From: an uncultured Clostridia bacterium
GTDB taxonomy: Bacteria > Bacillota > Clostridia > UBA1212
Assembly (NCBI GenBank): GCA_947304585.1
Contig: CAMZBI010000003.1
Location: 34,811 to 98,810 of the forward strand
Reading direction: 5' to 3'
DNA: 64,000 nt
Part shown: in pieces, positions 21,327 to 33,355 of the stretch
How positions within the stretch are numbered: position 1 is the first letter of the stretch
How the letters are laid out: each line of letters begins with the position of its first letter
Translations under genes and position numbers: made by a program
The notes under the pieces: generated by a model
Databases searched by the model: none
Told to the model about the DNA's origin: nothing
What the model saw: only the letters and a program-made list of their open reading frames with translations

Positions 21327-21375
21327 CATGCAAAAGAGATCGCCTTTATTTTTGTGATCTTTCGGAGATAAATAT

Positions 21376-22344
21376 ATGCCTATAAGAATTCCGGACAACC
21401 TTCCGGCCAGCTCTATACTTTCGAACGAGAACGTTTTTGTGATCAAGGAAAAGATGGCCTATCACCAGGACATCAGACCGCTTAAGATCGCCATTGTGAA
21501 TCTTATGCCCACAAAGATCGTTACCGAGACTCAGCTTCTCAGACTGCTTTCCAATTCGCCTCTTCAGGTTGAGGTCACCTTCCTGCACCCCGAGAGTTAT
21601 GTTTCAAAGCACGTCAACGAGAGCCATCTCTCTGAGTTCTACAAAGTATTCAGCGAAGTTAAAACAGAGAAGTTTGACGGGCTTATCATAACCGGAGCCC
21701 CTGTGGAGCAGCTTGATTTCGAGGACGTTGATTATTGGCGTGAGCTCTGCGATATAATGGAGTGGTCCAAATCAAACGTAACAACAACTCTTCACATCTG
21801 CTGGGGCGCCCAGGCCGGTCTTTACTATCACTATGGAATTAAAAAATACGATCTGCCTTCGAAACTTACAGGTGTATATAAGCACAGGCCCTGCAATAAA
21901 CGGGCAAGGCTTCTGAGAGGTTTTGACGACGTTTTCTACATTCCTCATTCAAGATACACTTACAACGATATTAAAGAAATCGAAGGTGTCGAAGATCTTG
22001 ATATTATGGCAATGTCTGAAACCGCAGGGGCTTCCATAATCGCGTCTAAGGACCGCAGAAGGATCTTCATCAGCGGACATCTGGAGTACGACAGGGAGAC
22101 AATTAAACTTGAATATGAGAGAGATCTCGCAAAAGGGCTCAATCCTGCCATCCCCTATAACTACTTTCCCGACGACGATCCATCCAAAAAACCTTTTCAC
22201 CAGTGGCGATCTCACGCCTATCTTCTCTATGGAAACTGGCTGAACTATTATGTTTACCAGGCTACGCCTTATGATCTTGACAAGATCGATCTTGAATTCA
22301 AACCTGACAGAAAAGGTGAGAGCGAGAATACAGATCTGATCTGA
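21376..22344 (+). CDS. metA: Homoserine O-acyltransferase (MetA family), predicted acetyl-CoA specific
   Basis: MPIRIP, NLMPTK, ITGAPVE (Glu at the specificity position, as in acetyltransferases), [20 protein letters not shown]. Confidence 0.94.
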   Translation: MPIRIPDNLPASSILSNENVFVIKEKMAYHQDIRPLKIAIVNLMPTKIVTETQLLRLLSNSPLQVEVTFLHPESYVSKHVNESHLSEFYKVFSEVKTEKFDGLIITGAPVEQLDFEDVDYWRELCDIMEWSKSNVTTTLHICWGAQAGLYYHYGIKKYDLPSKLTGVYKHRPCNKRARLLRGFDDVFYIPHSRYTYNDIKEIEGVEDLDIMAMSETAGASIIASKDRRRIFISGHLEYDRETIKLEYERDLAKGLNPAIPYNYFPDDDPSKKPFHQWRSHAYLLYGNWLNYYVYQATPYDLDKIDLEFKPDRKGESENTDLI

Positions 22345-22378
22345 ACGAACTGCAAATATCCGTAAAGCGGAGGTTTGA

Positions 22379-23965
22379 ATGGATAACAGCGAATATAAAG
22401 TAATATCAAACATATCCATTATGCGGAAGAGGGTCATTATTACGATCCTTGCTTTTCTGCTGGCAGTCGCTTTTGTATTTGCGATTTTTTATCTTGTTGT
22501 GGCCAAAAAGACCGACTCCTGGCTTGACGGTACCAGCGGTATGGCAAGAAGCAGCGTGTTTCCCTTTGTGTACACATCCGGAGACAATATATACGTTGTC
22601 GACGAGGACTTGACAGTTAGCGATATCGACAACAGTACCGCCAATGTCATTTGCGACAACAACCTCCGCAAAGTTTATTATATCTATTCTCCTTCATCTG
22701 AACTGTATGAGTATGATCTGAAATCTAAGACCAGAGTTCTGCTGTGCAAGGATGTGGCCTCGTTTAAGCTCTTCAAAGAACGTACGGTCATCCCCTATGT
22801 AGGCACAGACGGAGCGCTTAAACTCTATTCCTACAATTCAAAATCATCCATCGTGTTAAGGGAACCGGTGGAGATCGACCCCGACGTCAACCTTCCGGAC
22901 AATGCCCTTCAATTTACCATGGGAAAACTCTCCCTTGTGTATTTTGACAATTTCAATTTTGACCAGGGCACGGCCAATATAAAGCAATGGCTCTCGAGCG
23001 GCGAAATTATTACTCTTAACGAGGCTGCAAGATATGCGATCAATCCTGTAATTTTCAGCCGTGATACTGCAGTCAGTTATTATACTAAAGACGGGCTTTG
23101 TATTTCTCCCGTTAACGGAGATTCCCTTGTGGTGGAAGGTGTTGCCTCAGTTGTCAGGACTACCGACTATGCATACGGCGAGGTGTTGTCCGATCCCGTA
23201 TCCGATTTTGACGCCTCTGAGAATATAAAATACTACATGACCGGAACTTCCGGAGGATCTCTTGGCCTGGATATTTATTCTCTTAACGTCACCCGTTCTT
23301 CTGTTACAGGAACTAAAATTGCCGAGAACGTTAACTCAGTTATAAACTACAGCGCAAAATATTCCAACCTGATCTATTCGGTGGTCACGGGAGAGGATGA
23401 GCTTTCAATATACTCGACAAAGACCGGCAACAAGAGTTCCCTTATAGCCATAGCTCCGCTGTCCTCAACGCTTTACTATGATATCTCATCGGATCTCCTT
23501 TACATTGTTGGAACAGACAATACTGTCTATACTATAGATGTATTTGACAACGCAAGTTCCAAATTTGAACTTGAGGAGGGCGTAGGATCCATCGTTCCCT
23601 ATTTCGGAAAGCCTTTTCTCATATTCTATTCAAAGGATTATAAAACAAAGACTTTAATCCTGAAGCAGACAGGAATTGAGAATTATCCCTCTTCAGAGAC
23701 CAGACTGTACGGAAAATCAGACTCGATCTATCTCAAGGTCAGAAACATACAGGGGAAAGCCACTGCGTCTATAGATCTTGTTGATGGAAATACCATCACA
23801 AGGATCACCAACAGCTGCAAACCATCCTGCATCGTCTACGATAAAAAAATAGAGAATGTAATCTATTTCGATAAAAATACACTCTACGCTGTCAGAAACG
23901 GTGTCAGGACTGCAATTGCGGATTATTCAGAAGACGTTAAACCTGTAAGTGTGCTTACGGACTGA
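22379..23965 (+). CDS. Hypothetical membrane-anchored, beta-rich extracellular protein
   Basis: One N-terminal TM helix followed by alternating beta-strand patterns; no family recognised. Confidence 0.7.
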   Translation: MDNSEYKVISNISIMRKRVIITILAFLLAVAFVFAIFYLVVAKKTDSWLDGTSGMARSSVFPFVYTSGDNIYVVDEDLTVSDIDNSTANVICDNNLRKVYYIYSPSSELYEYDLKSKTRVLLCKDVASFKLFKERTVIPYVGTDGALKLYSYNSKSSIVLREPVEIDPDVNLPDNALQFTMGKLSLVYFDNFNFDQGTANIKQWLSSGEIITLNEAARYAINPVIFSRDTAVSYYTKDGLCISPVNGDSLVVEGVASVVRTTDYAYGEVLSDPVSDFDASENIKYYMTGTSGGSLGLDIYSLNVTRSSVTGTKIAENVNSVINYSAKYSNLIYSVVTGEDELSIYSTKTGNKSSLIAIAPLSSTLYYDISSDLLYIVGTDNTVYTIDVFDNASSKFELEEGVGSIVPYFGKPFLIFYSKDYKTKTLILKQTGIENYPSSETRLYGKSDSIYLKVRNIQGKATASIDLVDGNTITRITNSCKPSCIVYDKKIENVIYFDKNTLYAVRNGVRTAIADYSEDVKPVSVLTD

Positions 23966-24033
23966 TTAAATCATACTATTCCGGTTTTAGGGGCTTCGAA
24001 CAGAGTTTCGAGACACCCGGGAAGGAGTTTTTT

Positions 24034-27018
24034 GTGGACTACATTTCAAAAGTAAAAGAAAACCAACTCGAATACGGCGGCATTCCTTTTTGGAGCTGGA
24101 ACGACAAACTTGTGCCGGAAGAGCTTAGACGTCAGATCAACGTCATGCACGACCTGGGCATGAAGGGATATTTTATGCATGCCAGAGGCGGACTTGAGAC
24201 CGAATACCTCTCGGATGAATGGTTTGACTGCATCAAAGCATGTATTGATGAAGGCAAAAAGCTTGACATGGAGTCCTGGGCTTATGATGAGAATGGATGG
24301 CCCAGCGGATTCGGCGGAGGAAAAGTTTTAAATGATCCTTACAATTTTGCAGCTTTTTTGAAGCTTTCGGAAACCGAAGAGTTCCCCGATACCACGCCAA
24401 AGCCTGCTCCCGAGAAATGCACACTGGGGGTGTTCGTCAAAGAAGGCAATACTGTTAAAAAACTCACAGAGCCTCTTCCCGGCAATGGTATTAAGTATCT
24501 TTCCGTGGTCCTTGATTACGATTCCTCATACGTTGACGTTCTTGACGAAAAAGTCATTGCCGAGTTTATAAAAGTCACCCATGAGGAGTATAAGGCTAGA
24601 CTTGGCGATGATTTCGGAAAGGCCATGCCGGGATTTTTCACCGACGAACCCCAGTATTACAGATACGAGACGCCCTGGTCCAAGGTTATCCCTGAGGAGT
24701 TTGAAAAGAGATACGGCTATTCGGTATTTGACAAACTTGTTGCATTGTTCATAGATTTTGACGGTGCAGAAGAGTTCAGGTATGACTATTATTATCTCAT
24801 CCACGATCTCTTTATGAACGCCTTCGCAAAGCAGATATACGACTGGTGCGAGAAAAACGGCGCAAAACTCACGGGCCATGCCGTTGAGGAGTCAGGTATA
24901 AGCCTTCAGATGTGGTGCTGCGGCGGTGTTATGCCTTTTTATGAATATGAACACATCCCGGGAATGGATTACCTTGGAAGAGGCATTCAGACAGATCTGG
25001 CGCCGAAACAGCTTGGGTCCGTTGCCGCTCAGCTTGGCAAGAAAAAAGTTCTGACCGAGACGTTTGCCTGCTGCGGCTGGGACGTTTCACCGACTGAGCT
25101 TAAGAGAATTGCCGACCTTCAGTATTCCGCCGGCGTTAACGTAATGTGCCACCACCTCTATGCATATTCAATAAGAGGACAACGGAAGAGGGATTACCCG
25201 GCCAATTATTCCGAGCATCTGCCCTGGCAGGATGCTTTTGGCGATTTCGTTAAGTATTACAACCGCCTTGGCTATACCCTGTCTCTTGGCAGCGAGAACG
25301 TTAAATGTCTCATTGTACACCCGATCCACAGCGCATATCTCAACTATAAGCGTAAAGAGGACTGGGCAAGCGTTGACGAACTAAACCGGACCATAAACGA
25401 TATTCTGTTCTATTTTTCCGACAGACAGATCTCCTATCACCTTGGCGACGAGACTCTTATGAGGAAATACGGAAGCGTTGAGAACGGCAAGCTTAAAGTT
25501 GGTCTTATGACTTACGATTATGTGGTGCTGCCGAAGATCTACACTCTTGATTCTTCAACCGTTAAGCTTTTAAAGGAGCTGATCAGACAGGGCGGAAAGA
25601 TAGCTTTCTTTGACGGGAAACCGACGAGGATAGACGGAAGAATCGCCGATATGTCCTGGCTTAACGCCAATACAACAATTGACGAGATCGAAAAGGATTC
25701 TCTCTGCACTGTAAGGAAGCCTGACGGAAACCTTTGCCCAGGAGTCAGGACAATGACCAGGGACACTGAATTCGGAAAGATCTATTATGTGACAAACGTC
25801 AGAGAGCAGAATTTCGACGACTGCGTTATAACTCTTCGCGGCGTCGATAAAGTTTCAGAAGTGTTCCTTGAACAGAAGGACTTTTACGGAAACACGCCTG
25901 TAAGGAACTGCTCCTTTGAAAAAAATAATGATGCACTTGTGATCAGAACAAGCCTTGAAAGCGGTCAGTCAAGACTTTTTGTGGAAGACCCCGGCTGCGG
26001 CGAGGCCTTTGTGAAAGATGATGATCCTTCTTCAAGAAATGCGAAAGGTTACAAGCTCGAGGGCAGATTTGAAATTGAAGGAAAGCCTGTCAATCAGCTG
26101 ACTCTTGATTTTGCCGAGATATCAAAAGACGGCGGAAAAACATTCGAATCGAAAAAGCCGATCATTCAGATATTTGACGAACTGTTAAGAGAACGCTACG
26201 CCGGCGATCTCATCATCAGATATACTTTCAATGTGAAGAACGTTCCCGGAAGTGTTAAGGCCGCTCTTGAGCCGCTTAACTACAAAAAACTTCAGATAAA
26301 CGGACGGGATTTCGGTTTTGAAGACGGATTCTATCTTGACAGGAGTTTCAAAGTTGCGGATCTTACAGAGTATATAAAAACAGGTATTAACGAGGTCACC
26401 GCTTCCTTCAGCTATTTCCAGGACGATTACGTCTACGAAGTCCTCTTCGGAAACGTTATGGAATCTCTCAGAAACTGTCTTGTATTCAACACCGAAGTTG
26501 AAGCAATGTATCTCTTCGGCGACTTCTCGGTAGCCTGCGACAGTGATTTTGTCCCGAGCGAGAGAAACAGTCTCGAGTATACAGGCACGTTTGCCATTGA
26601 CAAATCTGTTGATGAGGCTGACGTGAAAGACGTTGTCACTTGCGGATTCCCGTTCTTTGCCGGAAAGATAACTCTTTCCAAGGAATTTGATTACGATGGC
26701 GATGGCTCAATGCTCTGGGTCAAAGGAAGATATGCCTATGCGGACGTATTCGTAAACGGCGAATTTGTTAAAAAACTGATGTTTACGGATCACTGCGACA
26801 TTGGCAAACATTTGAAGAAGGGCAAAAACTTGTTGACTTTGACTTTATGTAATTCCAACAGAAACCTTCTTGGACCTCACCATTTTGCGGATCCCGAACC
26901 CTATTCCGTTGGCCCCGCCACTTTCTCCCTTGAGAAAATGTGGAACAACGGTGAGTGCCCGCTCTACAGGAGCAGATATGCTTTTGTCAGATTCGGCGCT
27001 GATATAGAGATAAAATGA
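24034..27018 (+). CDS. Large glycoside hydrolase (GH106-like / GH2 sugar-binding type)
   Basis: [44 protein letters not shown]; C-terminal beta-sandwich. Confidence 0.72.
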   Translation: MDYISKVKENQLEYGGIPFWSWNDKLVPEELRRQINVMHDLGMKGYFMHARGGLETEYLSDEWFDCIKACIDEGKKLDMESWAYDENGWPSGFGGGKVLNDPYNFAAFLKLSETEEFPDTTPKPAPEKCTLGVFVKEGNTVKKLTEPLPGNGIKYLSVVLDYDSSYVDVLDEKVIAEFIKVTHEEYKARLGDDFGKAMPGFFTDEPQYYRYETPWSKVIPEEFEKRYGYSVFDKLVALFIDFDGAEEFRYDYYYLIHDLFMNAFAKQIYDWCEKNGAKLTGHAVEESGISLQMWCCGGVMPFYEYEHIPGMDYLGRGIQTDLAPKQLGSVAAQLGKKKVLTETFACCGWDVSPTELKRIADLQYSAGVNVMCHHLYAYSIRGQRKRDYPANYSEHLPWQDAFGDFVKYYNRLGYTLSLGSENVKCLIVHPIHSAYLNYKRKEDWASVDELNRTINDILFYFSDRQISYHLGDETLMRKYGSVENGKLKVGLMTYDYVVLPKIYTLDSSTVKLLKELIRQGGKIAFFDGKPTRIDGRIADMSWLNANTTIDEIEKDSLCTVRKPDGNLCPGVRTMTRDTEFGKIYYVTNVREQNFDDCVITLRGVDKVSEVFLEQKDFYGNTPVRNCSFEKNNDALVIRTSLESGQSRLFVEDPGCGEAFVKDDDPSSRNAKGYKLEGRFEIEGKPVNQLTLDFAEISKDGGKTFESKKPIIQIFDELLRERYAGDLIIRYTFNVKNVPGSVKAALEPLNYKKLQINGRDFGFEDGFYLDRSFKVADLTEYIKTGINEVTASFSYFQDDYVYEVLFGNVMESLRNCLVFNTEVEAMYLFGDFSVACDSDFVPSERNSLEYTGTFAIDKSVDEADVKDVVTCGFPFFAGKITLSKEFDYDGDGSMLWVKGRYAYADVFVNGEFVKKLMFTDHCDIGKHLKKGKNLLTLTLCNSNRNLLGPHHFADPEPYSVGPATFSLEKMWNNGECPLYRSRYAFVRFGADIEIK

Positions 27019-27019
27019 T

Positions 27020-27505
27020 ATGATAATTCTTGGCATCGATCCGGGCTTTGCAATAACGGGCTACGGAGTGGTTGATTATACCGGAAACAAGTTTAAGGTG
27101 ATCGATTACGGCGTCGTCAGCACCGACAAATCGGAGCTTTTTTCAAGCAGGCTCAAGTCGATCTACGATACTCTTTCATTTATAATCGACAAGTACAGAC
27201 CGGACTGCATGGCCATGGAAGAATTGTTTTTTAACAACAACGCCAAGACCGCCATCATGGCGGCCCACGGAAGAGGCGTGGCGCTTCTGGCCTGCACACT
27301 GAAAGGGCTTCCTTGTTACGAGTATACGCCTCTCCAGGTGAAGCAGAATATTGCGGGCTACGGCAGGGCCGAAAAGCGTCAGGTTCAGCAGATGGTAAAA
27401 CTTATATTAAACCTGGACAGTATACCCAAGCCGGATGATGCCGCTGACGCATTGGCAATTGCGATATGCCACGCCCATTCAATGCTCACCGCCGAGCAGG
27501 TTTGA
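27020..27505 (+). CDS. ruvC: Holliday junction resolvase RuvC
   Basis: [34 protein letters not shown]. Confidence 0.96.
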   Translation: MIILGIDPGFAITGYGVVDYTGNKFKVIDYGVVSTDKSELFSSRLKSIYDTLSFIIDKYRPDCMAMEELFFNNNAKTAIMAAHGRGVALLACTLKGLPCYEYTPLQVKQNIAGYGRAEKRQVQQMVKLILNLDSIPKPDDAADALAIAICHAHSMLTAEQV

Positions 27506-27529
27506 TTAATAAAACGGAGGAACTGTAAA

Positions 27530-28132
27530 TTGTTTGAGTATATCAGAGGATTTGTCGCCGGAAAAGATGCCGAAAGCGTTGTCGTCGACGTTGGCGGTGT
27601 CGGGTTTAAGATATTTACTTCTCTTTATTCAGCATCTGAATGCGAAGAGGGTGAGGAAGTTAAGTTTTTCACCTACATGTCGGTAAAAGAAGACGATATA
27701 TCGCTTTTCGGGTTTACCACTTATAACGAACTTATTTGCTTTAAAGAACTGATAGGCGTAAACGGTGTGGGTCCGAAAGTGGCCATTTCCCTTCTCTCCC
27801 AGATCACCGTTCCGGATTTCTCCGCCGCTGTGGTGACGGGAAATCACAAGCTTCTTTCAAAAGTGAAAGGTATTGGCCCCAAGCTTGCTCAGAGAATCGT
27901 GCTTGAACTGAAAGACCGGCTTGCGGGAAAAGCTCTTGAGGGAAGCTCCGACGACATGCAACCATCTACTGAAAGCCCGTCGTTCTTTGTCAAAGATCAG
28001 ACGTTTGAAGACGCGGTAGAGGCCCTCTGCGTGCTTGGCCACAACAGGGCGAAGGCAAGGGCGATCGTTGCCAGCGTTTACAAAGAGGGAATGAAACTTG
28101 AAGATATCGTCAAGGCTTCCCTTTCCGTATAA
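27530..28132 (+). CDS. ruvA: Holliday junction DNA helicase subunit RuvA
   Basis: VDVGGVG, LFGF, VNGVGPKVA, VKGIGPKLAQRIVLELKD. Confidence 0.96.
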   Translation: MFEYIRGFVAGKDAESVVVDVGGVGFKIFTSLYSASECEEGEEVKFFTYMSVKEDDISLFGFTTYNELICFKELIGVNGVGPKVAISLLSQITVPDFSAAVVTGNHKLLSKVKGIGPKLAQRIVLELKDRLAGKALEGSSDDMQPSTESPSFFVKDQTFEDAVEALCVLGHNRAKARAIVASVYKEGMKLEDIVKASLSV

Positions 28133-28153
28133 TAAAACAGTTGAAGGTGATTT

Positions 28154-29158
28154 ATGTCGGACGATTACGAAAGAATAACAACAGGCGATCTTCTCCCGGA
28201 TGACGATTTTGAAGCGTCCATAAGACCCAGAAGATTTGAAGAATACGTTGGACAGAACAAGGTCAAGGAGAATCTAAAGGTGTTCATTGAAGCCGCCAAG
28301 AGAAGAGGCGACGCTCTTGACCACGTTCTTCTATACGGCCCTCCCGGACTTGGCAAGACCACTCTTGCAGGCATCATCGCCTCTGAAATGGGCGTTAATA
28401 TAAGGATCACATCCGGCCCGGCCATCGAGAAAGCTGCGGATATCGCGGGCATACTGACAAATCTCAACGAGATGGACGTTTTGTTCATTGACGAGATCCA
28501 CCGTCTCAACAAGTCGGTTGAGGAGATCCTTTATCCTGCCATGGAGGATTTCTCCTTTGATATTATTATGGGCAAGGGCCCTGCAGCCAGATCGTTAAGG
28601 CTTGATCTTCACAAATTCACACTCATCGGAGCCACCACAAGGGCAGGGCTTCTCTCGGCACCGTTAAGAGACCGTTTTGGCATAATCAACAGGCTTGAAC
28701 TGTATTCCACCGAAGAACTCAAACAGATCGTCAGAAGGACCGCTTCGATCCTGAAGTTTTCCATCAGCGACGAAGGCGCTGAAGAGATCGCCAAAAGATC
28801 CAGAGGAACACCGAGAATCGCAAACAGGCTGGTTAAAAGAGCCAGAGATTTTGCGGAAGTCATGGGCGAATCCATCATTACAGAGAAGATCGCATCAAAA
28901 GCTTTAAAGGCTCTTGAGATAGACGAGATCGGACTTGACAACGTTGACCGGAACCTTCTACTTACGATCATCAAGAAATTTGGCGGCGGCCCCGTTGGTC
29001 TTGACACTCTTTCCGCAGCAACGGGCGAAGACGTGACCACCATAGAAGATATTTACGAGCCTTATCTTATTCAGCTCGGCTTTATTAACAAGACTCCGAG
29101 GGGCCGTGTTGCGACTCCCGGCGCTTATGCCCACCTGGGTATTCCCTGCAATGACTGA
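28154..29158 (+). CDS. ruvB: Holliday junction DNA helicase subunit RuvB
   Basis: [45 protein letters not shown]. Confidence 0.97.
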   Translation: MSDDYERITTGDLLPDDDFEASIRPRRFEEYVGQNKVKENLKVFIEAAKRRGDALDHVLLYGPPGLGKTTLAGIIASEMGVNIRITSGPAIEKAADIAGILTNLNEMDVLFIDEIHRLNKSVEEILYPAMEDFSFDIIMGKGPAARSLRLDLHKFTLIGATTRAGLLSAPLRDRFGIINRLELYSTEELKQIVRRTASILKFSISDEGAEEIAKRSRGTPRIANRLVKRARDFAEVMGESIITEKIASKALKALEIDEIGLDNVDRNLLLTIIKKFGGGPVGLDTLSAATGEDVTTIEDIYEPYLIQLGFINKTPRGRVATPGAYAHLGIPCND

Positions 29159-30047
29159 CAACGAAAACAGTTTTATAGTATTTGACAACGTTACTTATTG
29201 CTACTCTGAAGATGAGCCTGTCTCTGACGGCAACGCTGCGTCTTTAGATGTTTCTGTGTCTTCAGGCCGGAAAGAAGCGGTTAAAAACATATCACTGACT
29301 ATAGAAAAGGGTTCTTTTACGGTTATATGTGGAAGCAACGGCTCCGGCAAGTCTACTCTTGCCAAACTCATGAACGGCCTTCTTGTCCCTACAGAAGGCA
29401 AAGTCATTACGGGCGGTCTTGACACTTCCGACGATAACAACATGTGGGAGATCAGGCGCAATACCGGCATGGTATTTCAGAATCCTGACAACCAGATAAT
29501 TGCCACCTCTGTTGAAGAGGATGTAGCTTTTGGACTTGAAAACATTGGCGTTCCCCGGGAAGAGATGTTAAAGCGTGTGGACGAGGCTCTTGAGATCTGC
29601 GGAATTAAGGAAATTCGCAAATCTGAGCCCCATCTGCTGTCCGGCGGACAAAAGCAGAGAGTTTCTATTGCGGGCATTCTTGCCATGAGACCCTCCTGTA
29701 TCGTTCTTGACGAATCCACCGCAATGCTGGATCCCAAAGGAAGGAAAAGCGTTCTTGACATTATCAGGAAACTTAACAGAGAAGAAAATATCACTATTGT
29801 GCTTATCACTCACCACATGGATGAGATCACCTTTGCGGATAAGGTCATAGTGATGGAGAAAGGCGAAGTCGTAAGAACCGGAACTCCTGAAGAAATATTT
29901 TCAGACAGCAGAGTAACGGAAGATCTCAATCTAGAACTTCCCCCGGCATCTTGGATATTCAATAATCTTGAGGGGTTTGATTTTGGCGGCACTGTTCTCA
30001 CTGCGGGGCAGGGCGTTTCCCTGATGTTATCCAAACTTAAAAAATGA
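29151..30047 (+). CDS. ecfA1: ECF transporter ATPase EcfA1
   Basis: [34 protein letters not shown]; ATG overlaps the ruvB stop. Confidence 0.92.
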   Translation: MTDNENSFIVFDNVTYCYSEDEPVSDGNAASLDVSVSSGRKEAVKNISLTIEKGSFTVICGSNGSGKSTLAKLMNGLLVPTEGKVITGGLDTSDDNNMWEIRRNTGMVFQNPDNQIIATSVEEDVAFGLENIGVPREEMLKRVDEALEICGIKEIRKSEPHLLSGGQKQRVSIAGILAMRPSCIVLDESTAMLDPKGRKSVLDIIRKLNREENITIVLITHHMDEITFADKVIVMEKGEVVRTGTPEEIFSDSRVTEDLNLELPPASWIFNNLEGFDFGGTVLTAGQGVSLMLSKLKK

Positions 30048-30056
30048 GGCAGGTAT

Positions 30057-30911
30057 ATGTCGATCGTTGTTAAGAATCTTAAACACATATACATGCCAAA
30101 GACTCCTTTTGAGAAAGAAGCTCTTAAAGGAATCAATCTTGAGATCGAGAAGGGCGATTTTGCCGCAATTATCGGTAAAACCGGTTCCGGAAAGTCCACG
30201 CTTATACAGCATTTCAACGGTCTGCTTCTTCCCACAGAGGGTGAAGTCAATATTGACGGTGTCGCTGTAACAAAAAAGAATCTCTCCGACATCAGAAAAA
30301 AAGTAGGTTTCGTATTTCAGTATCCGGAGCACCAGCTTTTTGAAGATACTGTTTTCAAAGATATTGCATTTGGCCTAAAACGTTTTAAATTGAGCGAAGA
30401 AGAGGTGAAAGAGAAGGTCTATTCGGCTGCAAAGTTGGTCGGTCTTGACGAGAGCCTCTTTGAAAGATCTGTCTTTGAGCTTTCCGGCGGAGAAAAGAGA
30501 CGTGTTGCCATTTGCGGCGTTCTTGTTCTTGCACCTTCTTATCTGCTTTTGGACGAGCCTGCTTCGGGTCTTGACGCCAACGGCAGAAGAGAGATGCTTT
30601 CACTCCTTAACAAGCTGAATAACAGCGGCGTAACAGTGATCCTTGTTTCACACAGCATGGATGACGTTGCCGAATATGCGAAAAGAGTCACTGTGATTAA
30701 CGACGGTCTTGTGGCTCTTGACGGCACGCCGGAGGAAGTGTTCTCAAAACGTGATCTTTTAAGATCAATGGACCTTGACGTTCCGGAAGTCACCGGCATG
30801 TTCATGGATTTCTCTGAAAAGTCAGGTATACCGCTGCCCACAGTCGTCAAAAAAGAGCAGGGGAGAGACTTGCTGATTAAGCTTATTTCCGAGGGGAGGT
30901 TTTCATTATGA
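30057..30911 (+). CDS. ecfA2: ECF transporter ATPase EcfA2
   Basis: YMPKTPFE, GKTGSGKST, FQYPEHQLF, LSGGEKRR, LDEPASGLD. Confidence 0.92.
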   Translation: MSIVVKNLKHIYMPKTPFEKEALKGINLEIEKGDFAAIIGKTGSGKSTLIQHFNGLLLPTEGEVNIDGVAVTKKNLSDIRKKVGFVFQYPEHQLFEDTVFKDIAFGLKRFKLSEEEVKEKVYSAAKLVGLDESLFERSVFELSGGEKRRVAICGVLVLAPSYLLLDEPASGLDANGRREMLSLLNKLNNSGVTVILVSHSMDDVAEYAKRVTVINDGLVALDGTPEEVFSKRDLLRSMDLDVPEVTGMFMDFSEKSGIPLPTVVKKEQGRDLLIKLISEGRFSL

Positions 30912-31711
30912 AAATATCTCTCGGAAGATACGTGCCGGCCGATTCTCTTTTCCACAGAGCTGACCCCAGAACAAAGATCATCTGGACCGTACTTATGATG
31001 GTCCTCATTCTTCTTTGCCGCAGCTGGATCGAATATCTCATTGCCGCAGTATTTGTGACCGGCTGCTTCATCGCCTCGAAAGTATCGTTCAAGTTTATAC
31101 TTCAGAGCCTGAAACCCATCCTGATCCTGTTGATCTTCACCAGCCTCTTCAATTTCTTTTTCTACAGAGGCGAGACCGTCGCTTTTATGATCGGAACCAA
31201 GCCAATCTATTACGAAAGCATATCCATGAGCATAAAGACTATAGTCAGAGTAGTTCTCCTGATTATCTCTGCGTCGCTGCTCACTTATACTTCTTCAAGC
31301 GTTTCTATAACCGACGGCCTTGAATCTCTTATGAGACCGCTTTCTGTAATAAGAGTGCCTGTCCACGAGATTGCTATGATGATGAGCATCGCTCTGAGAT
31401 TCATTCCCACATTTGCCGACGAGACCGACAAGATCATAAAGGCACAGGCCTCCAGAGGCGCGGAGTTTGATTCTAAGAACGTTTTCAAAAAGATAAGAAG
31501 TTATATTCCCGTTCTCATTCCTTTATTCATAGCGGCTTTTAAGAGCGCTGAGGACATGGCTACAGCAATGGAATCCCGCTGCTACAGAGGAGGCAAAGGC
31601 AGGACCAGGTATAAGATCCTTAAATTCTCCTCTGCAGATATTGTTTTAACTGTTCTTACGGCTGTATTCGGAACAGCTGTCATCGTTTTGCGTTTCGTTG
31701 TTAAAATCTAA
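30908..31711 (+). CDS. ecfT: ECF transporter transmembrane component EcfT
   Basis: DPRTKI, ALRFIP, AQASRG, IPLF, AMESRCY. Confidence 0.92.
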   Translation: MKISLGRYVPADSLFHRADPRTKIIWTVLMMVLILLCRSWIEYLIAAVFVTGCFIASKVSFKFILQSLKPILILLIFTSLFNFFFYRGETVAFMIGTKPIYYESISMSIKTIVRVVLLIISASLLTYTSSSVSITDGLESLMRPLSVIRVPVHEIAMMMSIALRFIPTFADETDKIIKAQASRGAEFDSKNVFKKIRSYIPVLIPLFIAAFKSAEDMATAMESRCYRGGKGRTRYKILKFSSADIVLTVLTAVFGTAVIVLRFVVKI

Positions 31712-31722
31712 ACGGAGAGACT

Positions 31723-32748
31723 ATGAAGGGCAATTTTTTTCTTGGAAATAAGAGTTTTGAAGTTCGTCCGCTGACAGAGAGGGCTCTTTCGGAAGGCGAA
31801 GTTCTTGTCAAAGTAGCTGCCTGCGGTGTCTGCGGAACAGACGTGCATATCTATCATGGGGACAAAGGATCTGCGGAAGTTCACCCTCCGGTGGTCCTTG
31901 GCCATGAGTTTTCGGGTATAGTTGAAGCCATTGGCGCGAGTGTTACTACAGTCAAACCCGGGGACAGGGTAACAGTTGACCCAAATATTTATTGCGGCAA
32001 GTGTTATTTCTGCAGGACCGGAAAAAAGCAGTCCTGTACAGGGCTTCAGGCCATTGGCGTAACGATGAACGGAGGCTTTGCCGAATACTGCTACGTCCCC
32101 GAGAGCCAGTGTTTCCTGCTTTCGCCTGACGTTTCGCTTAGGGCCGGTGCGATGACTGAGCCCCTTGCCTGCTGTCTTCACGGAATCGACAAAGCCGGCA
32201 TCAGGGCAGGTGACAGCGTTTGTGTTATCGGCGGCGGTGCCATTGGCCTTATGATGGTCCAGCTTGCCAGACTCTCCGGCGCTTCCAAGATCATTTTGAG
32301 CGAACCTGTTGAATTCAGGCGCAGGATCGGGCTTGAACTTGGAGCGGATCACGCCATCGATCCCTTTGCAGGACCTGTTTCGGAACAGATTGGAAGTATT
32401 TTACACACACCCGGTGCGGACGTTGTGATCGAGTGCGTCGGCAATACCGCTGCAACCTCGCAAGCCTTTGAAGCCGCCAACGACGGTGCAACAGTTCTTC
32501 TTTTCAGCGTCCCGAAAGCGAATACATATCATCCTTTGAGCCTTGAACAGGTATTTCAGAAGGAACTTAAGATCATTGGCTCCAGGATCAATCCTGATAC
32601 TCATTTGAGGGCCGCCTCGTTGATCAACAGCGGAAAGATAAAGTTTGACAGGCTGATCACCCACAGTTATCCATTGGAGCAACTGCAGGATGCAATCATT
32701 AAACAAACGGAAAACGATTCAATAAAAGTAATTGTGGAGCCGAATTAG
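31723..32748 (+). CDS. Zinc-dependent medium-chain alcohol/sugar-alcohol dehydrogenase
   Basis: CGVCGTD, GHEFSG, CGKCYFC...C structural zinc, GGGAIG. Confidence 0.9.
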   Translation: MKGNFFLGNKSFEVRPLTERALSEGEVLVKVAACGVCGTDVHIYHGDKGSAEVHPPVVLGHEFSGIVEAIGASVTTVKPGDRVTVDPNIYCGKCYFCRTGKKQSCTGLQAIGVTMNGGFAEYCYVPESQCFLLSPDVSLRAGAMTEPLACCLHGIDKAGIRAGDSVCVIGGGAIGLMMVQLARLSGASKIILSEPVEFRRRIGLELGADHAIDPFAGPVSEQIGSILHTPGADVVIECVGNTAATSQAFEAANDGATVLLFSVPKANTYHPLSLEQVFQKELKIIGSRINPDTHLRAASLINSGKIKFDRLITHSYPLEQLQDAIIKQTENDSIKVIVEPN

Positions 32749-32843
32749 TTAAGAGTGAACAGTTAAGAGTAATTAGTTGACTGCGTGAGAAGTACCTTTG
32801 CTCTTCAAGCGCACTGAGATGCAAACTCCTGACTTAACTAGCC
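32747..32843. repeat. Heptamer array D starting within the ADH stop codon, with a weak inverted arm
   Basis: agttaag agtgaac agttaag agtaatt agttgac (32747-32781). The reverse complement of ~32833-32853 reads agttatt attggct agttaag. Confidence 0.7.
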
Positions 32844-32853
32844 AATAATAACT

Positions 32854-32889
32854 AAAAGAGGATGTGACGTGAGATCCGCTACATCCTCT
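32854..32889 (-). terminator. Intrinsic terminator downstream of tRNA-fMet
   Basis: AGAGGATGT/ACATCCTCT inverted repeat followed by a T-run on the minus strand. Confidence 0.7.
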
Positions 32890-32896
32890 AATTTAT

Positions 32897-32972
<76 letters not shown>

Positions 32973-33000
32973 ATATGACTGCCCGTTTGCGAGCGAAATA

Positions 33001-33070
33001 GATGATACCACAAAAAAATTGGCAATGCAAGTACTTTTTCACTTGTATTTTTAAAAAATGATGGTATAAT
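33001..33070. promoter_or_regulatory. Back-to-back sigma-A promoters for the divergent tRNAs
   Basis: Minus strand TTGCAT-17-TATCAT with TG; plus strand TTGTAT-16-TATAAT with TG. Confidence 0.65.
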
Positions 33071-33093
33071 GAATGAGCCTTGAGAAGGGTGAT

Positions 33094-33170
33094 GTCGCTA
33101 TAGCTCAGCTGGATAGAGCGACCGCCTCCTAAGCGGTAGGCCGGAGGTTCGAATCCTCTTAGTGACGCCA
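33094..33170 (+). tRNA. tRNA-Arg (CCT)
   Basis: GTCGCTATAGCTCAGCTGGATAGAGCGACCGCCTCCTAAGCGGTAGGCCGGAGGTTCGAATCCTCTTAGTGACGCCA; anticodon CCT, encoded CCA. Confidence 0.97.
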
Positions 33171-33176
33171 ATTAAG

Positions 33177-33211
33177 CCGGAAATCCTTGTTTTTAAGATT
33201 TCCGGTTTTTT
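33177..33211 (+). terminator. Intrinsic terminator after tRNA-Arg
   Basis: CCGGAAATC/GATTTCCGG stem plus T-run. Confidence 0.8.
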
Positions 33212-33226
33212 ATTTTATACAGTTTC

Positions 33227-33255
33227 TTGCGATTTGCTTTTGAATCATGTATACT
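33227..33255 (+). promoter_or_regulatory. Putative sigma-A promoter of the amylosucrase operon
   Basis: TTGCGA-17 bp-TATACT. Confidence 0.55.
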
Positions 33256-33355
33256 CCTTTTATAAGATTTAAGATGAGAATACGGCATGCAGATTATGAA
33301 CATTGGCGAGATCTTTGTCGATATTCCGAAAACAAACTAAAAAAGGAATAGTGCC

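Noticed and set aside
21327-21375. SAM or T-box riboswitch upstream of metA
   Set aside because: The leader is only about 50 nt and no conserved riboswitch core is visible.
33275-33349. Short ORF MRIRHADYEHW... at the island's left end as an integrase or GNAT remnant
   Set aside because: Only about 25 codons with no recognisable motif; insufficient evidence.
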